Below, piece by piece: positions 1 through 9,428 of a stretch of 64,000 bases of DNA (position 1 is its first letter; every line of letters begins with the position of its first letter). Below the pieces are notes generated by a model. That model was not told the origin of the DNA. It searched no databases and saw nothing but the letters and a program-made list of their open reading frames with translations. The position numbers were made by a program, and so were the translations under genes. The stretch lies in the IMG/VR virus record IMGVR_UViG_3300010282_000326, one strand, 5' to 3'. The DNA is from an uncultured virus (IMG/VR IMGVR_UViG_3300010282_000326). Taxonomy: Duplodnaviria > Heunggongvirae > Uroviricota > Caudoviricetes.

Positions 1-486
1 ATGCATAGTATTAGATATCTTGTTAGAGTTTCATATACAAATTTAGATGGTATCAATGACCATCAGGATTATTCTTTTTTAGCTGAAACTAAAGAAGATG
101 CAAAGAAGATTGCACGAGTATTATTTCAATCTGATTACGGAGATTACGGAGACCTAAAGATAGGGGTAAAGGTTATAACTCCAGACCAATCTGAAGTTCA
201 AATGGTAAATCGACAGTTGATTGATGTATATGGTGCAGTTAAAAGTAGTTTTAGAGATTTAACTTATAAACTATTTCTCGATAATTTTAAGAACTTCAAT
301 GGTTATGATTTGAAGTTTGCTTCACATTATTTAGAATTCAAGTTTAAGTTCAGAGGTTTTATTTGTAAAGCAGTTTGGAATGATGGGGTATCCAAAATTG
401 ATGAATCTGAGTTAGTGTTTGAAGCATCAAATAATCGTGTTTATGTTATAAGAGATGAATGTACTTCGGTTTTGATTGGAAATTAG
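1..486 (+). CDS. hypothetical protein (upstream context lies outside the window)
   Basis: 161-aa ORF starting with ATG at base 1; no recognisable motif. Confidence 0.7.
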   Translation: MHSIRYLVRVSYTNLDGINDHQDYSFLAETKEDAKKIARVLFQSDYGDYGDLKIGVKVITPDQSEVQMVNRQLIDVYGAVKSSFRDLTYKLFLDNFKNFNGYDLKFASHYLEFKFKFRGFICKAVWNDGVSKIDESELVFEASNNRVYVIRDECTSVLIGN

Positions 487-648
487 TAACTTATAGTTTG
501 AGAAAGAAACAGAAAAGAAAAGTAACATACTAAAGTTAATAAAGACGCTTTTGTATGTTACTTTTATTATTGCAATGAAGATACTGTACCTAGAGCAGTA
601 TCATTTATATAAATTAAAAGTATATGATTTAAGAAGGGGGACATCTTT

Positions 649-1725
649 ATGAGAAAGAGATTTAGTTTCCTACTCACTTTAGTACTATTACTTGCTTGTT
701 TTTATGTGCCAAGTTTTAGTACAATTTCTGTTCATGCAGCAGCAGATGTAACAACTTGTCCATATTGTGGTGCAGCTATGTCACCAGCTACAGATGCAAA
801 TGGGAAGTATATGTATAAGGTTAAGCCTACTTGTACTAAAGCAGGTTCTATGATTTATCGTTGTACTAGAGTTTTTGATAATGGTGGTAAATGTGGTGGA
901 CAAGGGTTTAAGTCAGTACCAGCAACTGGACATGATTGGGTTGCTATAACTTCAGAAAATGCAAATAAGTATAATGTTAAATCAACAGCTACTTGCACAA
1001 AGAAGGGAGACTCTGTTAGGTATTGTAAAAGTTGCCATAAGCATGAAGTAACAAGTAAAAAAGCAAATTATGTTGGGGGTACTTATTATTTCAGTTTAAA
1101 AGATGGACATAGACTTGCAGGAAAACCAGAAAGTGGGGTTGAGGGTGTTGATTATGTAAGTTATAAATTACAGTCAAAGGGTAATCATGTTTATACTTCA
1201 GCAGTTAGTGGGATTAATTCAGTTGTAGCTAATTACTTTAGTAAGGTTACAAAGCAGCCCACAACAACAAAGAAGGGTACTAAGAAGGATACTTGTTTAA
1301 TTTGTGGTAAGACACATACTACTGTATTAAGTAAGTTAAAGGCACCGACAGCTAAGGCAGAAATCAGCGATAAAATAGAGGATTTTACAGCAGAAAACGG
1401 GGGTACAAAGAAGCTTAGAGTCAGCTATAATAAGCCAGAAGCCAGTGATGAGAATGAGAATGCTACCAAATTTATTTATATCATAGAATATTCCAGAACA
1501 GATAAATTCCCAAGTAGCAGTTCAGCTTATTCTACAAATTTGAAATTAAATAATGCAGATAAGAAGAAAGTATTTATCAGGACAACGAAATCTACAAGTC
1601 TTACAGTAAAGAAGTTAAAGGCTGGAAAGTATTATGTAAGAGTTCGTTATGGAGTATATAGTGGTGCAAAGCGTAACTATATTTACTCTAAGTGGTCGAG
1701 TGTCAAGAGTGTTACAATTAAGTAA
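649..1725 (+). CDS. secreted/surface protein with Cys/His-rich repeats and a C-terminal FN3-like domain
   Basis: Signal peptide ending VHA; repeated PTCTKAG / ATCTKKG / CxxC segments typical of clostridial surface proteins; ends YYVRVR...YSKWSSVKSVTIK as in FN3-type domains. Confidence 0.7.
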   Translation: MRKRFSFLLTLVLLLACFYVPSFSTISVHAAADVTTCPYCGAAMSPATDANGKYMYKVKPTCTKAGSMIYRCTRVFDNGGKCGGQGFKSVPATGHDWVAITSENANKYNVKSTATCTKKGDSVRYCKSCHKHEVTSKKANYVGGTYYFSLKDGHRLAGKPESGVEGVDYVSYKLQSKGNHVYTSAVSGINSVVANYFSKVTKQPTTTKKGTKKDTCLICGKTHTTVLSKLKAPTAKAEISDKIEDFTAENGGTKKLRVSYNKPEASDENENATKFIYIIEYSRTDKFPSSSSAYSTNLKLNNADKKKVFIRTTKSTSLTVKKLKAGKYYVRVRYGVYSGAKRNYIYSKWSSVKSVTIK

Positions 1726-1739
1726 GTAAATAAGTTTCT

Positions 1740-1773
1740 AAAAGGATGGTGTAGTAATACATCATCCTTTTTT
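1740..1773 (+). terminator. intrinsic terminator
   Basis: AAAAGGATGGTGTA / TACATCATCCTTTT hairpin followed by a T-run. Confidence 0.8.
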
Positions 1774-1823
1774 ATTTTATAATATTTTAATATATTATAT
1801 AGTTTATTTAGGAGGTCAAACTA

Positions 1824-3623
1824 ATGCAAAAATTATATAATGAGATTATGAAAACATTTAATAAAACTAAATTACAAACTGTTGAGGAACTTGTAAAAAG
1901 TGATTCTTTTTATTTTGAGCAAATTAAGACTAAATTAACTAATGGAGGTTTTAATATTACTACATTGAGTTCAAAGCAGGTTGTAATTTTATTTTTTGCA
2001 TTAGTAGACATATTATTTATTGTTAAAGATGATAAGTTCTATTTAGTTACTATGTGTGAGGATAAAATTAAAGAGTTATTTAGACTTGGTAGAATTATAC
2101 CAAGAAAGGACGAGAGTTCTTATTATGATAAGACAAAAGAGATTTTATCATCAAATACAAAGGATAATATTAATGAGTATTTAAGTAATGGTAAGTTTAA
2201 ATTTATCAAATTGAATGACTTAGCTTCAGCAAGAGATACATTTTTCTTATGTAGTTTAGCTACTATGAAGCCTTATCCAGATTTGAAATCTGAGAAAGTT
2301 TATACTATGTCTTGTATGAGTGATTTTCATAATACTCTTTACAATAAATTAATGTCGGAGAGTTATAAGATAGTTACTGATACGGATACTTTCGTATGTC
2401 AAAATAAGGGTGCTACTGTTAGAAGTCTTGTAACTAGTGGTAAGCTTGTAACAAAAACGTCAGATAACTTAGTGATGGAAATATTTTTATGGAAAATAAA
2501 GAGTTATGAGGTTTTTTCTGAAAATGATATAGTTCAGAAGCTATTGAGTGGGGTATGCATTTATGATGGAGTCAAGATAACACTAAATAGAGACATATTA
2601 CAAACATATTATGGGGCAGACTTATACTCAAAGCTTGAAAGTGAGGGTGTTAGGCGAAGATATTGTCTTGAAGAATTGCTATTTTTAGGGGAAAAACAGA
2701 AAAATGTTGATTACTATTTAAAGAAATATGGTCTTAAGTCTGAATGTAAGGATATATACAGTTTACAAAATGAATTAAAAGAATTTACTAAAAAGGATAA
2801 AGTTTATAATAGTGGGCTTATTCATGCTCGTATTTTAGATAGTAAAGAAAGTCTTTTAACAGGTCATAAGCAACTTTATAAAACAATAAATCTACAAAAA
2901 GTGAAAGAACATAATTTTAGTGAAGTTTCGGATATAAGCACAGTTTTACCTAAAGTCTATACATATTCTGCTATTAGTGATAAGTTTGGTTATGCTTGTG
3001 TAGATATAAATGCTACATCAGAGGAGACTGCATTAAAGTATGGAGAAAGGTTATTCACAAAGCATTTTGGTAAACCAATAAAATTTGAGGGACTTCAAGT
3101 AGGGGTAGAGTTAATTAAAGGTAGTCCTAAATATATTTTAGGTATTGAGGAGCAACATATTTTGTATAATTCTATAAAACTTGGGTATACTAACTTTAAT
3201 AGCTATAAAGATACTATATATTCTATATGTAGAAGAAATAAAATAGCTTGGTGTACAGATGAGCATATAAAGTTTGTATTTATTAATCAACTTGCTATGA
3301 TAAAGGCTGATTCAAAGGCTTTAGAGTTATCAGATGTTATTATAGGCTTAATAGACTTTTTAAATAAAATAAAGACACCAGTTTTAGCACAAAAGAGTTT
3401 AAATGAAGAATATCTTAAGATAGCAGTAAGACGTGCAAGATTGGAATTTAAGAATATAAATAATCAACTACCGTCAACAGATGGATATTATGTGCAAGAA
3501 TCGAAAGATGGTAAATTTATAAAAACAGATTATGCCAGATTTAAGGTACTTGATAATAAGCTTTCCACTCTGGTAGAGGTTTATTTCTATGATAAATTTC
3601 TTTGTAAAAAGAGGTTCAAGTAA
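1824..3623 (+). CDS. hypothetical protein
   Basis: 599-aa ORF with AGGAGG RBS; no motif recognised. Confidence 0.8.
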   Translation: MQKLYNEIMKTFNKTKLQTVEELVKSDSFYFEQIKTKLTNGGFNITTLSSKQVVILFFALVDILFIVKDDKFYLVTMCEDKIKELFRLGRIIPRKDESSYYDKTKEILSSNTKDNINEYLSNGKFKFIKLNDLASARDTFFLCSLATMKPYPDLKSEKVYTMSCMSDFHNTLYNKLMSESYKIVTDTDTFVCQNKGATVRSLVTSGKLVTKTSDNLVMEIFLWKIKSYEVFSENDIVQKLLSGVCIYDGVKITLNRDILQTYYGADLYSKLESEGVRRRYCLEELLFLGEKQKNVDYYLKKYGLKSECKDIYSLQNELKEFTKKDKVYNSGLIHARILDSKESLLTGHKQLYKTINLQKVKEHNFSEVSDISTVLPKVYTYSAISDKFGYACVDINATSEETALKYGERLFTKHFGKPIKFEGLQVGVELIKGSPKYILGIEEQHILYNSIKLGYTNFNSYKDTIYSICRRNKIAWCTDEHIKFVFINQLAMIKADSKALELSDVIIGLIDFLNKIKTPVLAQKSLNEEYLKIAVRRARLEFKNINNQLPSTDGYYVQESKDGKFIKTDYARFKVLDNKLSTLVEVYFYDKFLCKKRFK

Positions 3624-3802
3624 AGTAGGGGTAGTTTTATATTTTCAATTTGAGAATGTCTTGAATTATGTGATATTGTAATAAATTGGTTAATTCTTTG
3701 GTTTATATTTCGGATTTTTACAGTTTATAAAGCGTTATTGAGAAAGGCTTTGATATTATGTATATAAAATAATAGTTTTGAATTTTTAGGGAGTTAGTTT
3801 AA

Positions 3803-5416
3803 ATGCTTATAGAATATGTTGAATATTTAAAGCAATTAAATAATAAGCTTATCAGACAGGGTATTAACTTAGGTGTTAATTTTGATGTTGATGAGCATCA
3901 TTTAGAAGAGCAGGTAACTATTTTTGAGCAGTATCTGTTCTTTAATCATGTCTTAGATGTAAGTGATAGTATGTATTCTATTAAGGATTTAAGTGGTTTT
4001 GAGGAATCAGATTTAAATGAATTTTTAAGAGAGAAATTAACTAAAGAGTATGAGTCAGAATGGAATGAGAGACTTCGTAAGTTAACAGAGCAGCCTAAAG
4101 ATGCTGGAAAGGTATCAGATGAACCTATAGAGGTAATATCTAAAAGAAAAATTGAAATGTTTACTGAATCTTTGGGTTTATCAGACACACCAGTTCAAAC
4201 TTGGGGTAGTTCTCAAACATCTTTTGAATTTGATGATGAGGATGAAGATGACTATGAAGATTTTGATGAAGATTCTTATGATGAGGAAGAAGAATATGAG
4301 AATATAAATACTTCTGAAGATTCTCAGTATGAATTTGAATTTGAAGATGAGGACGAGGATGAAGAAGACTCTGAAGATGATGATGAATATGAGGATGTTT
4401 ATGATAACGAAGAGGAATTAGACGAAGATTCTGATGAAGATTGGGGTGATTATTCTTCAGACGATACTGATGATGATGAATATGCTGATAATGTTAGTGA
4501 TTCTGAAAATTCTTTTGAATTTGAAGATGATGAAGATGAATATGATGAAGATGATGATTTATATGAGTCAGAAGAAGAGGATGAATACGATGATGAGGAC
4601 AAGTATGAGTCAGAAGATGATGAGTATGATGATGAAGATGAGTACGAATCCGAAGACGATGAAGAATATGATGATGAAGATGAGTATGAGTCCGAGGATG
4701 AAGATGATGAATATTTAGACGATGATGAAGATGAATATGAGTCCGAAGAAGATGATGAGGATGAGTATGAGTCCGAAGATGACGAAGATGAGTATGATGA
4801 CGAGGATGATTATTCTTCTGAAGACGATGAATATGATGATGAAGATGAGTATGAGTCAGAAGACGAAGAATATGATGATGAAGATGAATATGAGTCTGAA
4901 GATGAAGAGTATGATTCAGAGGATGATGAATACGATGATGAGGATGATTATTCCTCTGAAGATGACGATGATATAGAATATGATGATGAAGATGAGTATG
5001 AATCTGAGGAAGATGATGAAGACGAATACGAGTCTGAAGATGATGAATATGATGACGAGGATGATTATTCTTCTGAAGATGATGAAGAATATGATGATGA
5101 AGAAGATTTCGAATCTGAAGACGATGAGGATTATGAGTCAGAAGATGACGATGATGACTATAGTTCTGAAGAAGATGATGAAGATGATGATTTCTTCGAT
5201 GAATATAGTGATGAAAGTCTTAATATAGATAAAAATATGCCATTTGGTGGCTTGAATGGTAGTAGTGGTTCAAGACAGAATATAAATAGTGATTTGAATG
5301 CTAATTCAATGAATATACAAAGCAATCTTCCTCGTAAAGAGGATGAAGTCGCTGATAAAATGGTAGAAAGTGTAAATAAAGGTATGGATGCTTTATTTAG
5401 TAAGTTTAATCTTTAA
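3803..5416 (+). CDS. extremely acidic low-complexity protein
   Basis: About 330 residues of D/E/Y/S repeats (YDDEDEYESE) between globular-looking ends. Confidence 0.85.
   Translation: MLIEYVEYLKQLNNKLIRQGINLGVNFDVDEHHLEEQVTIFEQYLFFNHVLDVSDSMYSIKDLSGFEESDLNEFLREKLTKEYESEWNERLRKLTEQPKDAGKVSDEPIEVISKRKIEMFTESLGLSDTPVQTWGSSQTSFEFDDEDEDDYEDFDEDSYDEEEEYENINTSEDSQYEFEFEDEDEDEEDSEDDDEYEDVYDNEEELDEDSDEDWGDYSSDDTDDDEYADNVSDSENSFEFEDDEDEYDEDDDLYESEEEDEYDDEDKYESEDDEYDDEDEYESEDDEEYDDEDEYESEDEDDEYLDDDEDEYESEEDDEDEYESEDDEDEYDDEDDYSSEDDEYDDEDEYESEDEEYDDEDEYESEDEEYDSEDDEYDDEDDYSSEDDDDIEYDDEDEYESEEDDEDEYESEDDEYDDEDDYSSEDDEEYDDEEDFESEDDEDYESEDDDDDYSSEEDDEDDDFFDEYSDESLNIDKNMPFGGLNGSSGSRQNINSDLNANSMNIQSNLPRKEDEVADKMVESVNKGMDALFSKFNL
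4520..5210 (+). repeat. imperfect coding tandem repeats (about 30-40 bp units encoding YDDEDEYESED)
   Basis: Recurrent GATGATGAAGATGAGTATGAGTC-like units. Confidence 0.8.
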
Positions 5417-5479
5417 GGTTAATATTGCTTGTCCAGCAATTAACATAAAAATATTTTTTAAATTTAGGAGGTACTCATA

Positions 5480-6448
5480 ATGAGAACAAACGGACAGATT
5501 ACAAGAATTGCAAATGAGATTTTTGCAAATTCACAGGAAGGTCTTAACAAGCTTGTTGAGACAAAGAAGGATGCTGTAAAGTCACTTAAGAAGGCTGATG
5601 TAGCACAGGGCATTGCTATTATTCAGGATATCGTTAGTGCAGTTGATACAATTCTTAAGGGAGCTTATGCTGAGGGAGTTGCACTTCCTGCACATCTTAC
5701 AAAGATTGCTTATTCAGAAGAGAAGCTTGATGTTATTACAGTTTCAGTAAGAAGCAGACTTAAGGCAGCAACAAAGTATCGTAAGGATACAGAAATCGTA
5801 GTTGATGATAATATCGTTGCAGCAGTTGGTAAGGCTCTTACAGATTCTCTGTATGAGATGTTCTACATCGAGCAGGCTAATGAGAATATCGTTGAGCTGA
5901 ATGCTAAAATCGAAGAGATTTGCACAGCTAATGAGATTCCTTTCACATTCGGATTTGCTGTTGATGCTGAGAGCGATGCTTATGTACTCAGTATTGATAA
6001 TAACAAGGTTGTATTCAATGCTTCTATTTCAGCAGCTCATTCTATTTCAGAGCTTGGTATCTTCAAGGGCGGAGATGAGTACAATGAACTCGTAGCTAAG
6101 GAAGCTACTGAGAAGCTTGTTAACTCTCTCAAGGCTGTTCAGTCTACAACACAGATTATCAAGGCAGATATCGCTGTTATCAAGACAGTAACTGGTGTTT
6201 CTACAAAGAAGAGAGCATCAAAGCTCATTCGTGGTTCTTACCACAGAAATGCTAGATATCTTGACAGATTCAAGGAAGGTGTTGCTTACTTTGATGAGAC
6301 AGTTAAGATTGGCAAGGAAGAGGTTGAGGTATTTGCTCTTGTTAATAAGGCTGAGGATGGTACAGTTACAGTTGTGCTTGACCCATTCAATGTAAAGGAC
6401 AACTTCAAGGTAGACTTCGATGTTGTAAAGGCTATCAAGAAGTTCTAA
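5480..6448 (+). CDS. hypothetical protein, probably highly expressed
   Basis: AGGAGG RBS; strong use of AAG/TTC/ATC/AAC codons compared with neighbouring genes. Confidence 0.85.
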   Translation: MRTNGQITRIANEIFANSQEGLNKLVETKKDAVKSLKKADVAQGIAIIQDIVSAVDTILKGAYAEGVALPAHLTKIAYSEEKLDVITVSVRSRLKAATKYRKDTEIVVDDNIVAAVGKALTDSLYEMFYIEQANENIVELNAKIEEICTANEIPFTFGFAVDAESDAYVLSIDNNKVVFNASISAAHSISELGIFKGGDEYNELVAKEATEKLVNSLKAVQSTTQIIKADIAVIKTVTGVSTKKRASKLIRGSYHRNARYLDRFKEGVAYFDETVKIGKEEVEVFALVNKAEDGTVTVVLDPFNVKDNFKVDFDVVKAIKKF

Positions 6449-6468
6449 GTATAAGGGGGTAGATTGTC

Positions 6469-7248
6469 ATGTCTGATAATTTCAATACCCCTATAGGTGG
6501 AGATGATGACTGGGGAGACTATGATATGTCGAACCAGTCAGAAACTTCCCAAGATGATTGGGGTACTTCACCGCAATATGACAATCCAGACGCTGATAAT
6601 TGGGATACTACATCTTATAGTGATGAAACAGATTCAGATGAGTCTGATAACTTTGCTAGTTTTGATGATAATGCTGATGAGAATCCAGATTCTTATTGGG
6701 AACAACAGGAATCATTTACTCAGAATGATAATCCACAAGTACAGAACCAACAGCCTACTGAGAGAAAGAAGTTAGGTTATAAAGGTACTGGTTTGGTAGT
6801 TGGTGGTGCTTTTATTCTTTTAGCACTTATACTCATGGTAATGGGTAAAGCTAAAATAAATAAGAAGCCACAGCAAACAACTTCTCAGACTCAGCAACAG
6901 GCAACTGAAGCTCCAGCAAATACTGCACAAAGTTCTGAACAAGCTCAGCCAACTCAAGCAAATGATGGTTCAGTTATGTTACAGAGTGTTGCAGAAAATA
7001 TAACTTTAGATTATTCGGGCGATGTTTTATCGGCAAACGGTAAAATAAGCAATAAGTTAAGGTTTACGCAAGGTAATCAGGTTATATATTGTTTGGAAGT
7101 AACTATTGCAGTTGGTACGAGTTCAGAAACTGTGCGATATTATTGTAATTTTGCAACTTATAATGCAGTAAGTAAAGGTGATTTAGTTGTTGTAAAGTAT
7201 CAGCAGATTCAGGATAGTTATATATCAGTTAATGAAATCACGAAGTAG
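6469..7248 (+). CDS. bitopic membrane protein with acidic N-terminus and beta-rich C-terminal domain
   Basis: DDWG-rich N-terminus, one TM segment (GLVVGGAFILLALILMVM), Q/T linker. Confidence 0.8.
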   Translation: MSDNFNTPIGGDDDWGDYDMSNQSETSQDDWGTSPQYDNPDADNWDTTSYSDETDSDESDNFASFDDNADENPDSYWEQQESFTQNDNPQVQNQQPTERKKLGYKGTGLVVGGAFILLALILMVMGKAKINKKPQQTTSQTQQQATEAPANTAQSSEQAQPTQANDGSVMLQSVAENITLDYSGDVLSANGKISNKLRFTQGNQVIYCLEVTIAVGTSSETVRYYCNFATYNAVSKGDLVVVKYQQIQDSYISVNEITK

Positions 7249-7278
7249 GTCTAGTATCTTTTGTGCTAGACCTTTTTT
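7247..7278 (+). terminator. intrinsic terminator
   Basis: AGGTCTAGTA / TGCTAGACCT hairpin plus T-run. Confidence 0.7.
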
Positions 7279-7297
7279 CTTAAAGGAGAGTTTTATA

Positions 7298-8047
7298 ATG
7301 AGAAAGAAGATTCTTTTAGTATCGAGTTTAGTTTGTATGATGATGTTAAGTGCTTGTGGGGGTAGTGTAGGTACAGTTAATGATACTCAATCTGCAAGTG
7401 CAACAGAAGCAAGTTCTGAGATTGCAGCTTCATCAGAGACAACAGAAGCTCCTCCAGAAGAGGAATTCCATCAGGAAGTTGAAGAAGTTGTATTAGATAC
7501 TGCTTCAATCAGTGATGCTAAGGACTACTTTACTTTAAATGAGTTAACTATAAGTAAGCCAGGTGACTTTAGTATTGCAGCAAATAATGATAAGAAGTTA
7601 GATGGTAATATTGCTATCAAGTCGACTAAGACAGAGGATGGTAAAACTATTGTAGGTACTGTAACTGTTCCTTTAACAGATGCGTTAAAGGCTGAAGATG
7701 TGGATGTTACTCAGTGGTTAAACTTTGGTTTTATTGACCAGTTTACTGGTGCTTGTGTTGTTCTTAACGGTGAAGACCCAGTATATGCAGAGTTGATACC
7801 AGAAGGTGTGACTACTTCGATTACAATAGAAAGTGAAAGAGTTGTTGATGACTCTAATTACACTTTTAAGGTTACTGTAGATGTACCAAAGGATTATGAG
7901 TATGCTACTTTCTTCTTAGTTGGCTCAGATAAGGATTTAAACGATAAGGTTTCTTACAATAACTTTGTTAATGATATTGAGAAATTATATCCAAGTGGTA
8001 TCGAGGATGTCTTATCTAAGTACACAATTACTTATTATCAGGAGTAA
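7298..8047 (+). CDS. lipoprotein
   Basis: Start reassigned to ATG 7298 after AAGGAG; lipobox MLSAC. Confidence 0.8.
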   Translation: MRKKILLVSSLVCMMMLSACGGSVGTVNDTQSASATEASSEIAASSETTEAPPEEEFHQEVEEVVLDTASISDAKDYFTLNELTISKPGDFSIAANNDKKLDGNIAIKSTKTEDGKTIVGTVTVPLTDALKAEDVDVTQWLNFGFIDQFTGACVVLNGEDPVYAELIPEGVTTSITIESERVVDDSNYTFKVTVDVPKDYEYATFFLVGSDKDLNDKVSYNNFVNDIEKLYPSGIEDVLSKYTITYYQE

Positions 8048-8061
8048 TTTTTATATTTTTG

Positions 8062-8087
8062 AAAGGCTCATGTATTTGAGCCTTTTT
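8062..8087 (+). terminator. intrinsic terminator
   Basis: AAAGGCTCA / TGAGCCTTT hairpin plus T-run. Confidence 0.75.
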
Positions 8088-8284
8088 ATTTTGCTTTAGA
8101 TTTGGCATTATTATATAGTAGTTTTTACGATAATATTATAAAAAACTGAAAGTTTTTGAATTATAGTTTTGTTTAGAGTCATTTTTTAAAGGTTATTTTT
8201 CAATTCACAAGTTCTCAAAAAATAATTTACTTATAGTTGATTTTTCGATTCTTGAAAAAATATAAAAGAATTTGCAAAAATCTG

Positions 8285-8313
8285 TTGACAAACTTAATGG
8301 GGTATGGTAAATT
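8285..8313 (+). promoter_or_regulatory. sigmaA-type promoter
   Basis: TTGACA, 17-bp spacer, TAAATT with extended TG. Confidence 0.55.
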
Positions 8314-8360
8314 ACTCTTGTGTTCAACAGTGAACGATGCTTTAGTTATTCGGTCTTGGT

Positions 8361-8412
8361 TGTTGATAGTGTTGATAACTTTGTGGATAACTTTAGTTGA
8401 AAATGTTGAAAA
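8361..8412. promoter_or_regulatory. cluster of co-oriented DnaA boxes (origin-like or DnaA-regulated site)
   Basis: TGTGGATAA at 8382 is the perfect reverse complement of TTATCCACA; TGTTGATAA 8370, TGTTGATAG 8361, TGTTGAAAA 8404; in an AT-rich 520-bp intergenic region. Confidence 0.65.
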
Positions 8413-8439
8413 CTTTTTTCAAAAAATTATAAAAAAGAC

Positions 8440-8468
8440 TTGCAATCCTTTTACGAAAGAGTTATACT
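8440..8468 (+). promoter_or_regulatory. sigmaA-type promoter for the 8571 gene
   Basis: TTGCAA, 17-bp spacer, TATACT. Confidence 0.6.
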
Positions 8469-8570
8469 TCATAATGTAATCGAAAAGGAAATGCTGATTA
8501 CAAAATAGTATATAAGTGCTTTGCAAGAAGCGTTATATAAATAAAATATTTTATCAAGGAGGGTAATGTT

Positions 8571-9314
8571 ATGGCATTATCAGAAGCAATTCAGGAGAAG
8601 AAGCCTGAAGTAGGAACAAAGACAGTTGGTGGAAATTCTAAGTCAGATGCTTTCAAGGCACAGGGTGCAGCACTCAGAGCACAGATGAGTGAAGACCAGA
8701 AGCAGGTTGAGGGTTCTAAGAGAGATAAGGTTGCTTTCGTAGCAGCACTTGGTGACCCTAACAAGAAGCAGAGCCGTGTTGAAGGTAAAGAGGCTAAGCC
8801 ATCTTATATGGTTGTTGGATATCAGTTCAAGGTTCTTGAGGACACTACTGTTCCATCAGCACCTCTTAAGCCAGATTTCAAGACACTTCTCGATGTTGAT
8901 ACTATCACAGAAGTACCTGTTAAGGCTGGTACAGTTGTATCTCTTAACCTTATCGAGACTGGTGCTTTCATTTCAAGACCTGAGTATGCAGGTAGCTTCA
9001 CAGGTGAAGGTGTTGAGGTTTCCCTTATCGCTAAGATTTCTAAGGACAGAGAAGATCCTAAGCCAGCACTTCGTATGAGTTCAGGTAATGGCTCTATTAA
9101 GTCTAACATGGTTCTTATCGCAGATATGGTTACTGATGCAGAAGGCAAGGCTAGACCTCAGATTAAGGAAGAGTTCGCTGAGAAGTTTGGTGTGCTTTAC
9201 AAGAAGAAGAGAACTACAAAGGGCAAGGGAGTTGCAGGTGGCAACGCAGCAGGCGAGTCTGCAAAGGATATCGCAGCAGCATTCAATGCTCTTTACAAGT
9301 CAAAGATGGCTTAA
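8571..9314 (+). CDS. hypothetical protein, probably highly expressed, basic C-terminal region
   Basis: AAGGAGGG RBS, own promoter and terminator, strongly biased codons. Confidence 0.85.
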   Translation: MALSEAIQEKKPEVGTKTVGGNSKSDAFKAQGAALRAQMSEDQKQVEGSKRDKVAFVAALGDPNKKQSRVEGKEAKPSYMVVGYQFKVLEDTTVPSAPLKPDFKTLLDVDTITEVPVKAGTVVSLNLIETGAFISRPEYAGSFTGEGVEVSLIAKISKDREDPKPALRMSSGNGSIKSNMVLIADMVTDAEGKARPQIKEEFAEKFGVLYKKKRTTKGKGVAGGNAAGESAKDIAAAFNALYKSKMA

Positions 9315-9344
9315 TCGAGTATTCCGATTCAGTTCACAATACGG

Positions 9345-9379
9345 AAAGCCTAGTCAGGTTTTGGCTAGGCTTTTCTTTT
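9345..9379 (+). terminator. intrinsic terminator
   Basis: AAAGCCTAGTCA / TGGCTAGGCTTT hairpin plus T-run. Confidence 0.8.
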
Positions 9380-9428
9380 AAATTTCATTTTGTTACAAAA
9401 GTGTTATAAGTTAAGGAGTGATTATTAT

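Noticed and set aside
4520..5210. Repeats as a possible CRISPR array (also 35405-35945)
   Set aside because: Repeats are degenerate, in frame, and lack unique spacers; no cas genes
4434..5228. Met/Lys-rich ORFs (4434, 4722, 4980; likewise 23636, 35498)
   Set aside because: Shifted-frame shadows of GAT/GAA acidic repeats inside longer genes; no RBS
8237..8479. 80-aa ORF with TTG start
   Set aside because: No RBS; it runs over promoters and DnaA boxes, so the region is better read as regulatory
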